From assembly GCA_025927545.1 (NCBI GenBank), contig JAICLE010000003.1, forward strand, positions 20,923 through 84,922: a stretch of 64,000 nucleotides of DNA, written 5' to 3'. This stretch comes from Gemmatimonadales bacterium. Its GTDB lineage: Bacteria; Gemmatimonadota; Gemmatimonadetes; Gemmatimonadales; GWC2-71-9. Under the pieces are notes generated by a model, which worked only from the letters and a program-made list of their open reading frames with translations, had not been told where the DNA came from and did not search any database. The position numbers and the translations under genes are program-made. Shown here piece by piece: positions 44,379-51,718 of this stretch; positions within the stretch are counted from its first letter, which is position 1; the number at the start of each line of letters is the position of its first letter.

Positions 44379-47126
44379 TTACGGGCGCACCGGCACCCGC
44401 ATCTGCCGGCTCCCTACACGGTCGGAGACGCTGAGGTCCAGCGCCGTCCGGCCGGTCTGCACCACCGCTTCGCCTCCCCGGGCAAACGACAGCACCTCTC
44501 CCGTGTCGGGGTCCCGCACCATGATCATCGGGTTCGTCGCCGCGTCCCACCGGATCGCGACGCCGCCCGCCACCCGCCGGGCGTCGATGGTCTCCATCGT
44601 CCGCACCGCGCCGATAACCGGCGCGGGGCGATCCGCCGCGGCCGCACCGGCGGATCCCGAAAGCCGGAGCCCGCTCAGGCGCGCGGCCGCCGCTTCGTCG
44701 AGCGGCACCGTGAAGGCGAACTGGCGCCCGCCGTGCGGATCGTCCGCGATCCGGGCGGCGTCGAACGACAGATGGAAGAGCCGCGCGCCGTCCGCCGCGA
44801 GGGCCTCGACCGAGTAGGGTCCGGGCGCGGTGGGCAGGCTCGGGCGGGTCATCAGCTCGAATGCGGGCTCGAGCACCGCGCGGCCGTTCACGATGCGCCC
44901 CCAGACCAGCAGGCAGCGCTCCGCCTGGCCAAACGCCGCGGCCGCCATCGCGGGGGCATGCCCGCGGAACTCCAGGATTTTCCGGTAGGTATAGTCACTG
45001 ATCCACGGATCGCCGCAGTAGCCCATGATGTCGGGTGTCGAGGGGTCCCTGAGCACCTGGTTCTGCATGTCGAACCCGTACACCCCGATGACTCCGCCTG
45101 GATACGGGTAGTCGGGGTCGGCATCCGAGGGGTTGCCGCAGGGCGAATGGGGCCGGCCCCAGTTGTGGCCAAGCTCGTGGGCCATCACACGGCTCCGGTC
45201 GAACTCGCGGTCGTACCCCATCGCGGTGGGGCGGCCGATGTAGCCCAGACCCGCGATGCCCGAGGGGTAGTCGATCTGCACCACCCCGTAGTAGTTCCGC
45301 GTGCTGCCTTCGGCCAGGCGAAGGGCATCCAGCTCGCTCAGCACGGCTGTCCACGCGCCATTCGCATCGTCCGGCACCAGCGGCTCGCTGGTCGTCGTGG
45401 TGTAGACCGCGTGCACGTCGCCATCGGCGCCGGGGAGCGGGTGCATCCGCCTGCTCATCTCGAGGAAGCGCGACTTGTTCGCCGTCGAGACATCTCCCAC
45501 CAGGCCGTTCGCCTGCTGCTTCACCGGCACGAAGGTGAGGCCCAGGATCGGCGCGTCGCCCACGTTCTGGGGCTGCGGTGCACCCGAGGCGGGATAGCTG
45601 TTGTCGGTCTCGTTGGTCTCCGGTACCGTGTTGTCCGGGTCGACCTCGGCCAGCACCGATAGTCCGGGCACGACGAGCTCCCGGGGGATCTTCACGTTCC
45701 ACGAGCTGGCGAGTTTGCCCTCGTCCCGAGCGATCGGCGTGGACGCCGCCGGCGAGGGAATCGTGAGAGTGGCCATCGGCGCGCCGTTACGGTAGAGCCG
45801 CACCCGGACGTTCGGCGCGGCCTTGTTGGCCCCATCCGAGACGACGAAGACCCGCAGGTACCCCTCACGGTTCGCCACCAGCGGCACGTCGCCGCTCGGG
45901 GTCTGGGTGCTCTGGCTCAGATACCAGCCGTCCACCTTGAGGTTGATCGAGGCGCCCGCTGCCGCGGTGTAGGTAATCGTCAGGGCTGCCGTCTGGCCCG
46001 CCGTAACCGCGACATTCCGGCGAGCCGGAGTTGCGGTGTAGCTCGTCCCTCCGCTGGTGACCTCCGCCGCCGCCACCGTGTAGCTCCCGGGCTCGAGGCC
46101 GGCGACCGTAGTGCTCGCGATCACCTGCAGGGCATAGCTGTTCGGTCCGGAAACCGTCACCGCCGCACCGGCCCCCGCGGGCAGTCCGGCAATCGTGAGC
46201 TCCATCGTCCCGGTCGAAGGCGGGAGCGGTGTGCAGGTGATGCTGAAGACGACCTCGACTGCGCCGCCGGCCGGCACTTGCACGCTTCGCTGGGTGGCTC
46301 CGGCCACCGTGCAGTTGCCTGCTACCCCTGAGAGCTCCACCGCGTGCGCTCCGGCCGGGAGATTGGCCAGCGCGACCGTGCCCGCGGGGCCGATCGCCTG
46401 GCTCGAGCCGCCATCCACCGTGAAGCTGTAGCCGTCCGCGTCCTGGTCGGTCCCGCTCGTCCGGGTGGTGACCTGCAGGGTTCCGACCGTGGGCGGTGCG
46501 GGGGCACAGACGACGGCGAGCAGTACGTCGGCCGTATCGCCGGCTGCGACCATCACCGCGCGCGGATTGTCGCCGCCCAGGGTGCAGTTGGCCGCGAGCC
46601 CGCCCAGGCCCACGGTGTGACTCCCTGGGGTCAGGCCGGGAATGGTGACTGTCGCGCTGATCCCCACCGGCTGGGACACCGCCCCGTCCAGAAGGAGCTG
46701 GTAGCCGTCCGGGTCGGCGGGTGTGCCGGCGGATGTGGTGACCTGAATGGCCCCCGTGGTGGGAGCGCAGGTGACCGCGAAGCTCGCGGCCGTCACGGAG
46801 TTCGCGGTGATACTGACGCTCTCCCGAGCGGACGGGACGGTGCAGTTGGCGGCCAGTCCGGACAGCTCCACCGTGTGACTGCCCGCGGTGAGGCCGTCGT
46901 GCCGCGCCGTCGCATTGGTGCCGATCGCTCCCGGGGCGCCGCCGTCGATGCTGACGGCGTAGCCGTCGGCGTCGGGCTCCGGACCGGAGGTCGCAGTGGT
47001 GACGTCGAGCGAGCCCAGCTCGGGACCGGCCAGGTCGGCACCGCCGCCGCCGCCGCAACCGAGCCAGAGGACAGCGGGCGCCGCCATGGCGGCGGCGAGA
47101 ATCCGGGAACGACTTCCGAGGCGCAT
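44379..47126 (-). CDS. Large metzincin-type zinc metalloprotease lipoprotein with three N-terminal Ig-like 'DxDGY' modules
   Basis: Start MRLGSRSRILAAAMAAPAVLWLGCGG (lipobox). HELGHNWGRPH fits HExxHxxGxxH. Three ~85-aa modules end in FAVTC, LAVVC and FSITC. Confidence 0.85.
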   Translation of the reverse strand: MRLGSRSRILAAAMAAPAVLWLGCGGGGGADLAGPELGSLDVTTATSGPEPDADGYAVSIDGGAPGAIGTNATARHDGLTAGSHTVELSGLAANCTVPSARESVSITANSVTAASFAVTCAPTTGAIQVTTSAGTPADPDGYQLLLDGAVSQPVGISATVTIPGLTPGSHTVGLGGLAANCTLGGDNPRAVMVAAGDTADVLLAVVCAPAPPTVGTLQVTTRTSGTDQDADGYSFTVDGGSSQAIGPAGTVALANLPAGAHAVELSGVAGNCTVAGATQRSVQVPAGGAVEVVFSITCTPLPPSTGTMELTIAGLPAGAGAAVTVSGPNSYALQVIASTTVAGLEPGSYTVAAAEVTSGGTSYTATPARRNVAVTAGQTAALTITYTAAAGASINLKVDGWYLSQSTQTPSGDVPLVANREGYLRVFVVSDGANKAAPNVRVRLYRNGAPMATLTIPSPAASTPIARDEGKLASSWNVKIPRELVVPGLSVLAEVDPDNTVPETNETDNSYPASGAPQPQNVGDAPILGLTFVPVKQQANGLVGDVSTANKSRFLEMSRRMHPLPGADGDVHAVYTTTTSEPLVPDDANGAWTAVLSELDALRLAEGSTRNYYGVVQIDYPSGIAGLGYIGRPTAMGYDREFDRSRVMAHELGHNWGRPHSPCGNPSDADPDYPYPGGVIGVYGFDMQNQVLRDPSTPDIMGYCGDPWISDYTYRKILEFRGHAPAMAAAAFGQAERCLLVWGRIVNGRAVLEPAFELMTRPSLPTAPGPYSVEALAADGARLFHLSFDAARIADDPHGGRQFAFTVPLDEAAAARLSGLRLSGSAGAAAADRPAPVIGAVRTMETIDARRVAGGVAIRWDAATNPMIMVRDPDTGEVLSFARGGEAVVQTGRTALDLSVSDRVGSRQMRVPVRP

Positions 47127-47204
47127 GCGAGCCCCCACGAGGACGAAACCGCGGGCGAGCGGGGACCAAGAATGGAGGGAGGGTGAGACAATCTTGTATG
47201 CTAA

Positions 47205-47229
47205 GCGCCCGGAGGCAAGCTCCGGGCGC
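47205..47229 (-). terminator. Hairpin terminator candidate downstream of the TPR gene
   Basis: Perfect 10-bp stem GCGCCCGGAG/CTCCGGGCGC with a 5-nt loop, 22 nt after the TAA at 47251-47253. The U-tract is weak. Confidence 0.45.
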
Positions 47230-47250
47230 GCGTTCGGAGTCCCGACGGGA

Positions 47251-48777
47251 TTACTGCCGCGACATTGCCCTTGCCTCCTTCCTGACGAACGCGTACGTCG
47301 CGAGCGGCAGCACGTGCGCGTCCGCCGCCCGGGCGGCGTACTCCCTTGCCTTGGCCCCGTCACCCTTCCCCCGCCAGGCCTGCGCGGTCCAGTAGACCAC
47401 CTGAGGATCCTGCTGATTTCCCAGGGCCAGCTCGGCCAGCGCGTCGTCCCACCGCTTCTCCTTCAGCGCGATGGTGCCCGCCAGCTCGTGGGCCTGCCGG
47501 ACCCGGAAGCTGTTCTGCCGGGCAGCGGCCCCCTCAGCGTAGGACTTTGCTTCTGACTTGGCGGTGGCCAGCTCACCGCGGCTGAGCGCAACGCGGGCGC
47601 GGTTATAACGGTCGGCCAGCCTGGTGTCCTGCTTTACCTGGGCCGAGAGGCCCGAGTGCTCGACGAGGTCGAGCGCCTGCCGGAAGCGCTTCGCGGCCTC
47701 CTCGGTGCGCCCCGCGTTGAGGAGGATGTTGCCGATCAGCTGGGCGTCGCCGCTCATGTTGGCCGAGTCAGCCAGGCGTGCGTCGAGCGCGTACTCGCGC
47801 TCGATCTCCTCGAGGGCTGCGCCGGCTCGTCCCGCGTCCACCAGGATCACGCCCTTGACGAACAGCGCGGTGCGCCGGTCCGCGTCGTCGCGCGCCCGGC
47901 GGTACAAGTCGTCCATCGCGGCGGCGGCTGTGTCGGGCTTTCCCTGATACATCAGGTTGGTCGCGATCCCCACCCGCGAGGGACTGAAGTGCGGGTCCAC
48001 CGAGAGCGCCTTCCGGTACTGGGCAAGGGACTCCTCGAAGCGGCCGGTCTTCATCAGGAGCTCGGCGTAGGAGTCGTACGGATTGGGGTCGCCCGGGATC
48101 AACTCGATGTACTTCCGGAATGACGTCTCGGCGTCGCCGTATTTCTCCACCGCCCGGTAGGCATAGCCCAGGAGATTGTACGCGGGAGAGAAGCGGGGGT
48201 TGAGCGTGAGCGCGGCCCGGTACTGCTCGATCGCGCTGGCATAGTCCTGCCGCCCGAAGTAGCCGTTGCCCAGGAGGAAGTGAGCGCGCTCGTCGTCCGG
48301 GTACCGGGCCACCAGCTCTGCCTGGTACTTCATCGCCTTGGCGGGATCGGCGTTGCCGCCCGCCTCGAGTGCGAGGATCATCAACCGCTCGCCTTCAGAG
48401 ACGCTGTCCACCAGCGCCGCGGCCCGCTTCATCTGCTCGAAGAAATCCCGGGCCGTGGCCGCGTTCGCGGCGAGCTGGTAGTGGGCCATGGCGAAGGAGG
48501 GATCCGCCGCCGCGGCGCGGCGGAAGAGCTCGCGGCCATCGTGGGCGCGGAGCTGCTCGGACAGAGCTCGCCCCTCGAGATAGAGCCGGCGGGCATCGGC
48601 GGAGGCGGTGGTGAGGGGGACGGCGCCCTTGTTCGCCCAGGTGCCGGCGGCGGTGTCGATCGTCGTCGCAGCGCCGGCGCTTTCGGTGCGGGCACGTCCG
48701 GCGTCGCAGCCGGAGAGGGCGGTGAGCAGCACGGCCGTGCCGAGGCCGAGCATTGGTGAGGTCAGTGCACGCGGCAT
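47251..48777 (-). CDS. TPR-repeat lipoprotein
   Basis: Lipobox LLTALSGC. Multiple TPR-like units (AMAHYQLAANA, FLLGNGYFGRQDYASAIEQYRAAL, AYNLLGYAYRAVEKYGDAETSFRKYIEL). GGAGG lies 6 nt before the ATG. Confidence 0.85.
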   Translation of the reverse strand: MPRALTSPMLGLGTAVLLTALSGCDAGRARTESAGAATTIDTAAGTWANKGAVPLTTASADARRLYLEGRALSEQLRAHDGRELFRRAAAADPSFAMAHYQLAANAATARDFFEQMKRAAALVDSVSEGERLMILALEAGGNADPAKAMKYQAELVARYPDDERAHFLLGNGYFGRQDYASAIEQYRAALTLNPRFSPAYNLLGYAYRAVEKYGDAETSFRKYIELIPGDPNPYDSYAELLMKTGRFEESLAQYRKALSVDPHFSPSRVGIATNLMYQGKPDTAAAAMDDLYRRARDDADRRTALFVKGVILVDAGRAGAALEEIEREYALDARLADSANMSGDAQLIGNILLNAGRTEEAAKRFRQALDLVEHSGLSAQVKQDTRLADRYNRARVALSRGELATAKSEAKSYAEGAAARQNSFRVRQAHELAGTIALKEKRWDDALAELALGNQQDPQVVYWTAQAWRGKGDGAKAREYAARAADAHVLPLATYAFVRKEARAMSRQ

Positions 48778-49020
48778 ACTGTCCTCCGGCGCGTTTCGAT
48801 GGTGGACGGCGATGTTGCCTGGTGGCGAGAGGTCCTCCTTTACCTACGCCAGGGGGGAGGGGTGGTTTCAGGTGTGGTCCTGAGCGTCCCACAGCACGCT
48901 ATTCCCGAATCCACAACGTCCACAGATGTCTACCGAATCCTGAATGACCGACGCCGCTTGCGGTTACTCTGCACAACCCCTCCACACTTCGTGTGCGTAA
49001 CCCCGAACAAAATCGGGCGC

Positions 49021-49048
49021 TTGAACGGTTTGGTCCGATTGGTACATT
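49021..49048 (+). promoter_or_regulatory. Candidate sigma-70 promoter with extended -10
   Basis: TTGAAC (49021-49026), 16-nt spacer ending in TGG, then TACATT (49043-49048). Located in the lower-GC stretch. Confidence 0.35.
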
Positions 49049-49094
49049 GACATTCCCCTGTCCCACCATGCTCATCGCTCGGCGGAGGTCCCCC

Positions 49095-49370
49095 ATGAGG
49101 CGCGAAGCTCGCCTGAAACAGGAGTACGCCCATCTCTATCCCGGGCTCGAGTCCGATGCGTGGGAATCCGCCGCCGTGCTCGCCGACAAGGTGCTGGCCT
49201 GCCGACTCCTGCTCCCCAGCGGCGGCTTCGTGCTGAGCGATCGGGCCTTGTCCACCGGCCACTTCGAGTTTCGCGGCGGCTTGCCGCCGAGGGGAGCGGC
49301 ACCGGCAACGCTGGCGGCAGACCCGCGCGCCGGCGCGTCCCTGGACGCGGCGCTCACCGGCGCCGACTGA
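49095..49370 (+). CDS. Orphan small protein (91 aa)
   Basis: ATG 49095 has GGAGG 6 nt upstream (49084-49088). GC3-rich frame. MRREARLKQEYAHLYPGLESDAWESAAVLADKVLACRLL... No family recognised. Confidence 0.5.
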   Translation: MRREARLKQEYAHLYPGLESDAWESAAVLADKVLACRLLLPSGGFVLSDRALSTGHFEFRGGLPPRGAAPATLAADPRAGASLDAALTGAD

Positions 49371-49407
49371 CCCTCAGCTGGATGGGCGGTGGGTGATTAG
49401 TCTCTGC

Positions 49408-49436
49408 TTGACGGTTCCGGGTTCCTTCCATAGGGT
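49408..49436 (+). promoter_or_regulatory. Candidate promoter for the 49582 ORF
   Basis: TTGACG (49408-49413), 17-nt spacer, TAGGGT (49431-49436). Confidence 0.3.
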
Positions 49437-49508
49437 AGTCACGCTGGCCTCGAGAAAGCATGCCCGGCGCGAGCCGGGGCCGTAGCGCCCCCGGTTCCGA
49501 CTGCCACG

Positions 49509-49539
49509 ATCGCCGAGCTGCCCACGCCAGCTCGGCGAT
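49509..49539 (+). other. Perfect 12-bp hairpin followed by a T-rich run (attenuator/terminator-like) in the leader of the 49582 ORF
   Basis: ATCGCCGAGCTG (49509-49520) pairs with CAGCTCGGCGAT (49528-49539) across a 7-nt loop, followed by TTCGTT. Confidence 0.45.
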
Positions 49540-49581
49540 TTCGTTGAAGGTGTTCACGCGGTTCACGGATCGAGGTGAAGT

Positions 49582-49980
49582 ATGCAAGCACGCGTCACTG
49601 CCGCTTCCCAGACCTATCGGCTGAGGGAGCGAATGGAAAAGGCAGAGGTCGAGCACGGGCAGGAGATCAGGGCGGATCTTCCGGGCGTCCGGGTCATGTC
49701 CATGGCCCGCGACTGGCTCACGCTCCGACCGCACGCCACCGGTGAAGTGTTCTTCTGCACCATGGGCTCGGTGCGGGTGCGGAAGGAGTCGATCCCGGGC
49801 GACGGCCGCACGCTGCCGGCCAACGTGATCCTCGATGGGCTGGACGTTCCGGCCGCGGGGACGTACGACCTGCTCAACGTGCTCGTGCGGTCCAACGGAG
49901 ACCTGCGGCTCATCTTGGACGAGGCGTCGCGGGTCGTGCGCGCGCCGGCCGAGGGGGCGCCCGTGCCGACCGCACCCTGA
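49582..49980 (+). CDS. Orphan hypothetical protein (132 aa)
   Basis: Track ORF. In-frame TGA immediately upstream (49576-49578). GAGG a few nt before the ATG. GC3-rich. No family recognised. Confidence 0.5.
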   Translation: MQARVTAASQTYRLRERMEKAEVEHGQEIRADLPGVRVMSMARDWLTLRPHATGEVFFCTMGSVRVRKESIPGDGRTLPANVILDGLDVPAAGTYDLLNVLVRSNGDLRLILDEASRVVRAPAEGAPVPTAP

Positions 49981-49996
49981 CGCGAGGCCTTGCCGG

Positions 49997-50023
49997 GCCT
50001 GCCTTGGGGCGGGCTCGGCAGGC
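49997..50023 (+). terminator. Weak terminator candidate after the 49582 ORF
   Basis: GCCTGCC (49997-50003) pairs with GGCAGGC (50017-50023) across a 13-nt loop, followed by TTCTC. Confidence 0.3.
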
Positions 50024-50102
50024 TTCTCAGGGCCGGGCCCGCCGCTTTCCCTCCCGTTCGACCGCACACTCGCCCCTGCCAAGCCGATTTATAACTCTCG
50101 TG

Positions 50103-50132
50103 TTGACACGAGGGGACTGCGGCAGGCGTAAT
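50103..50132 (+). promoter_or_regulatory. Candidate promoter for the peroxidase-like gene
   Basis: TTGACA (50103-50108), 18-nt spacer, CGTAAT (50127-50132). A TTGC-N6-TCAA element lies at 50137-50150. Confidence 0.3.
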
Positions 50133-50239
50133 GCTATTGCAGAAAGTCAAGAATTTTCTTACCTTATTGCGCCAATCCTCGACCCCAAGCGCTCGAGGCG
50201 CTCCCCGCCGCCGCGGCGACAAGCAATAAGGAGGACCGG

Positions 50240-51409
50240 ATGAGAGTTCACTCTAGCGCGATGACCGCCCGCTTCCTGCTGACCATCGCGGGGCTCACCC
50301 TGTTCGCGGCCTGCAGTGACGACGGGCCGGCGACCGAACCGCAGCCGCCGCAGCTCGACGGCAGACAGATCTTCCGCTTCGACACGTTCGGGGACCAGAC
50401 CTTCTGGACCGACACGCTCCGGATGCATGAGGTCATCCAGGCGGCGGTCGATCCGGTGACTGCACTGTCTGTCGGGCTCAAGGTGGACGCGGATGCGCTC
50501 CCGCCGGGCATCCTGGCCAGCGCGGACCTCCACGATCCCGCCACCACCGTGGCACTGCTCAAGCTCAACGCCGTCGTCGGGCTGCAGGGAACGGTCGAAA
50601 CGGTGAATGGCAAGGACACCCTTACGAGTGTCGGGATCACCTGCGCGCTCTGCCATTCGAGCGTGGACAACTCGACCGCGCAGGGGATCGGCCACCGGCT
50701 GGATGGCTGGCCCAACCTGGATCTCAACCCCGGCGCGATCATCGCCCTCTCGCCGGCGCTGACGGCCGACCAGAAGGCGGTCTACAACTCGTGGGGACCC
50801 GGCCGCTACGACCCGAGGTACAACCGCGACGGCCTCAACGCGCCGGTGCCGATCCCGCCGGCCTACGGGTTGGCCGGCGTGAGCCTGGCGACCGCCACCG
50901 GCGATGGCGACATCTCCTACTGGAACGCCTATGTCGCCATCACCCAGATGCACGGACACGGGACCTTCGTGGACCCGAGAATCGGGGCCGACATCCACCA
51001 GACGCCCGACCTGGTGACCCCCAAGCTCCCGGCGCTCAAGGCGTACCAGGTGAGCCTGCCCGCTCCGCCGCCTCCGACCGGCAGCTTCGACGCGGCCGCC
51101 GCCGCGCGCGGGGCCACCGTGTTCGCCGGCGCTGCCCGGTGCGCGAGCTGCCACGTCCCGCCCACCTTCACCGATGACCGGCTGCATGATCCGTCGGAAG
51201 TCGGCGCGGACCCGAGCTATGCCCAGCGGAGCGCCACCCGGCAGTACCGCACCACCCCGCTCCGGGCGCTGTGGCAGCACGCACCGTACTTCCACGACGG
51301 GAGCGCGGCGACTCTGGACGACGTGGTGGCGCACTACGAGTCCGTCCAGCAGCTGCAGCTTACGCCGGAGCAGCGGGCCGATCTGGTCGAATACCTGAAG
51401 TCGCTCTAG
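50240..51409 (+). CDS. Di-haem cytochrome c peroxidase/MauG-family lipoprotein
   Basis: Two CxxCH motifs (GITCALCHSS, ARCASCHVPP). C-terminal TPLRALWQHAPYFHDGSAATLDDVVAHY is typical of the CCP/MauG family. Lipobox LTLFAAC. AAGGAGG lies 6 nt before the ATG. Confidence 0.78.
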   Translation: MRVHSSAMTARFLLTIAGLTLFAACSDDGPATEPQPPQLDGRQIFRFDTFGDQTFWTDTLRMHEVIQAAVDPVTALSVGLKVDADALPPGILASADLHDPATTVALLKLNAVVGLQGTVETVNGKDTLTSVGITCALCHSSVDNSTAQGIGHRLDGWPNLDLNPGAIIALSPALTADQKAVYNSWGPGRYDPRYNRDGLNAPVPIPPAYGLAGVSLATATGDGDISYWNAYVAITQMHGHGTFVDPRIGADIHQTPDLVTPKLPALKAYQVSLPAPPPPTGSFDAAAAARGATVFAGAARCASCHVPPTFTDDRLHDPSEVGADPSYAQRSATRQYRTTPLRALWQHAPYFHDGSAATLDDVVAHYESVQQLQLTPEQRADLVEYLKSL

Positions 51410-51416
51410 CGCTGGC

Positions 51417-51710
51417 TCAGCGCTCGAGCCCGAGCTTGTGCTCGCGCGCCTCCGTGGCCTGACCTTCCGGGCTGTCCTCCGCCGGGCGGGCCGATGCCTT
51501 CCGCCGCGCGCGCGCCGCGGCGGAGAGCATGAGCAGCCCGAAGAGCAGCATCACCGCGCCCCACCACAGGTTGACGTTCACGGAGAGCGAGCGCGCGTAC
51601 CGCGCCGAGTCGCCCGCCGTCGCCGCGCCGTAGCCGGTGAGCAGGAGGCCGAGCAGGGCGAACAGGCCTCCGATCGGGAGCCGGATGTCGAGACCCAGTG
51701 CTCCACTCAT
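51417..51710 (-). CDS. Small two-TM membrane protein downstream of the symporter
   Basis: MSGALGLDIRLPIGGLFALLGLLLTGYG...WWGAVMLLFGLLMLSAAA. GGAGG before the ATG. 8 nt after the symporter stop. The track embeds it in ORF 51417..52736. Confidence 0.6.
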   Translation of the reverse strand: MSGALGLDIRLPIGGLFALLGLLLTGYGAATAGDSARYARSLSVNVNLWWGAVMLLFGLLMLSAAARARRKASARPAEDSPEGQATEAREHKLGLER

Positions 51711-51718
51711 GCGGCCTC

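Noticed and set aside
48852-48887. G-rich run AGGGGGGAGGGGTGGTTTCAGGTGTGG considered as a G-quadruplex
   Set aside because: It has only two G-tracts of three or more, and the remaining tracts are GG. It does not meet a canonical four-tract G3+ pattern. It lies in the TPR gene 5' region and may simply be the complement of a C-rich leader.
49460-49630. 56-codon ORF starting at ATG 49460 inside the proposed leader
   Set aside because: It has no Shine-Dalgarno sequence, poor codon bias, and runs out of frame into the 49582 ORF. I treat it as non-coding.
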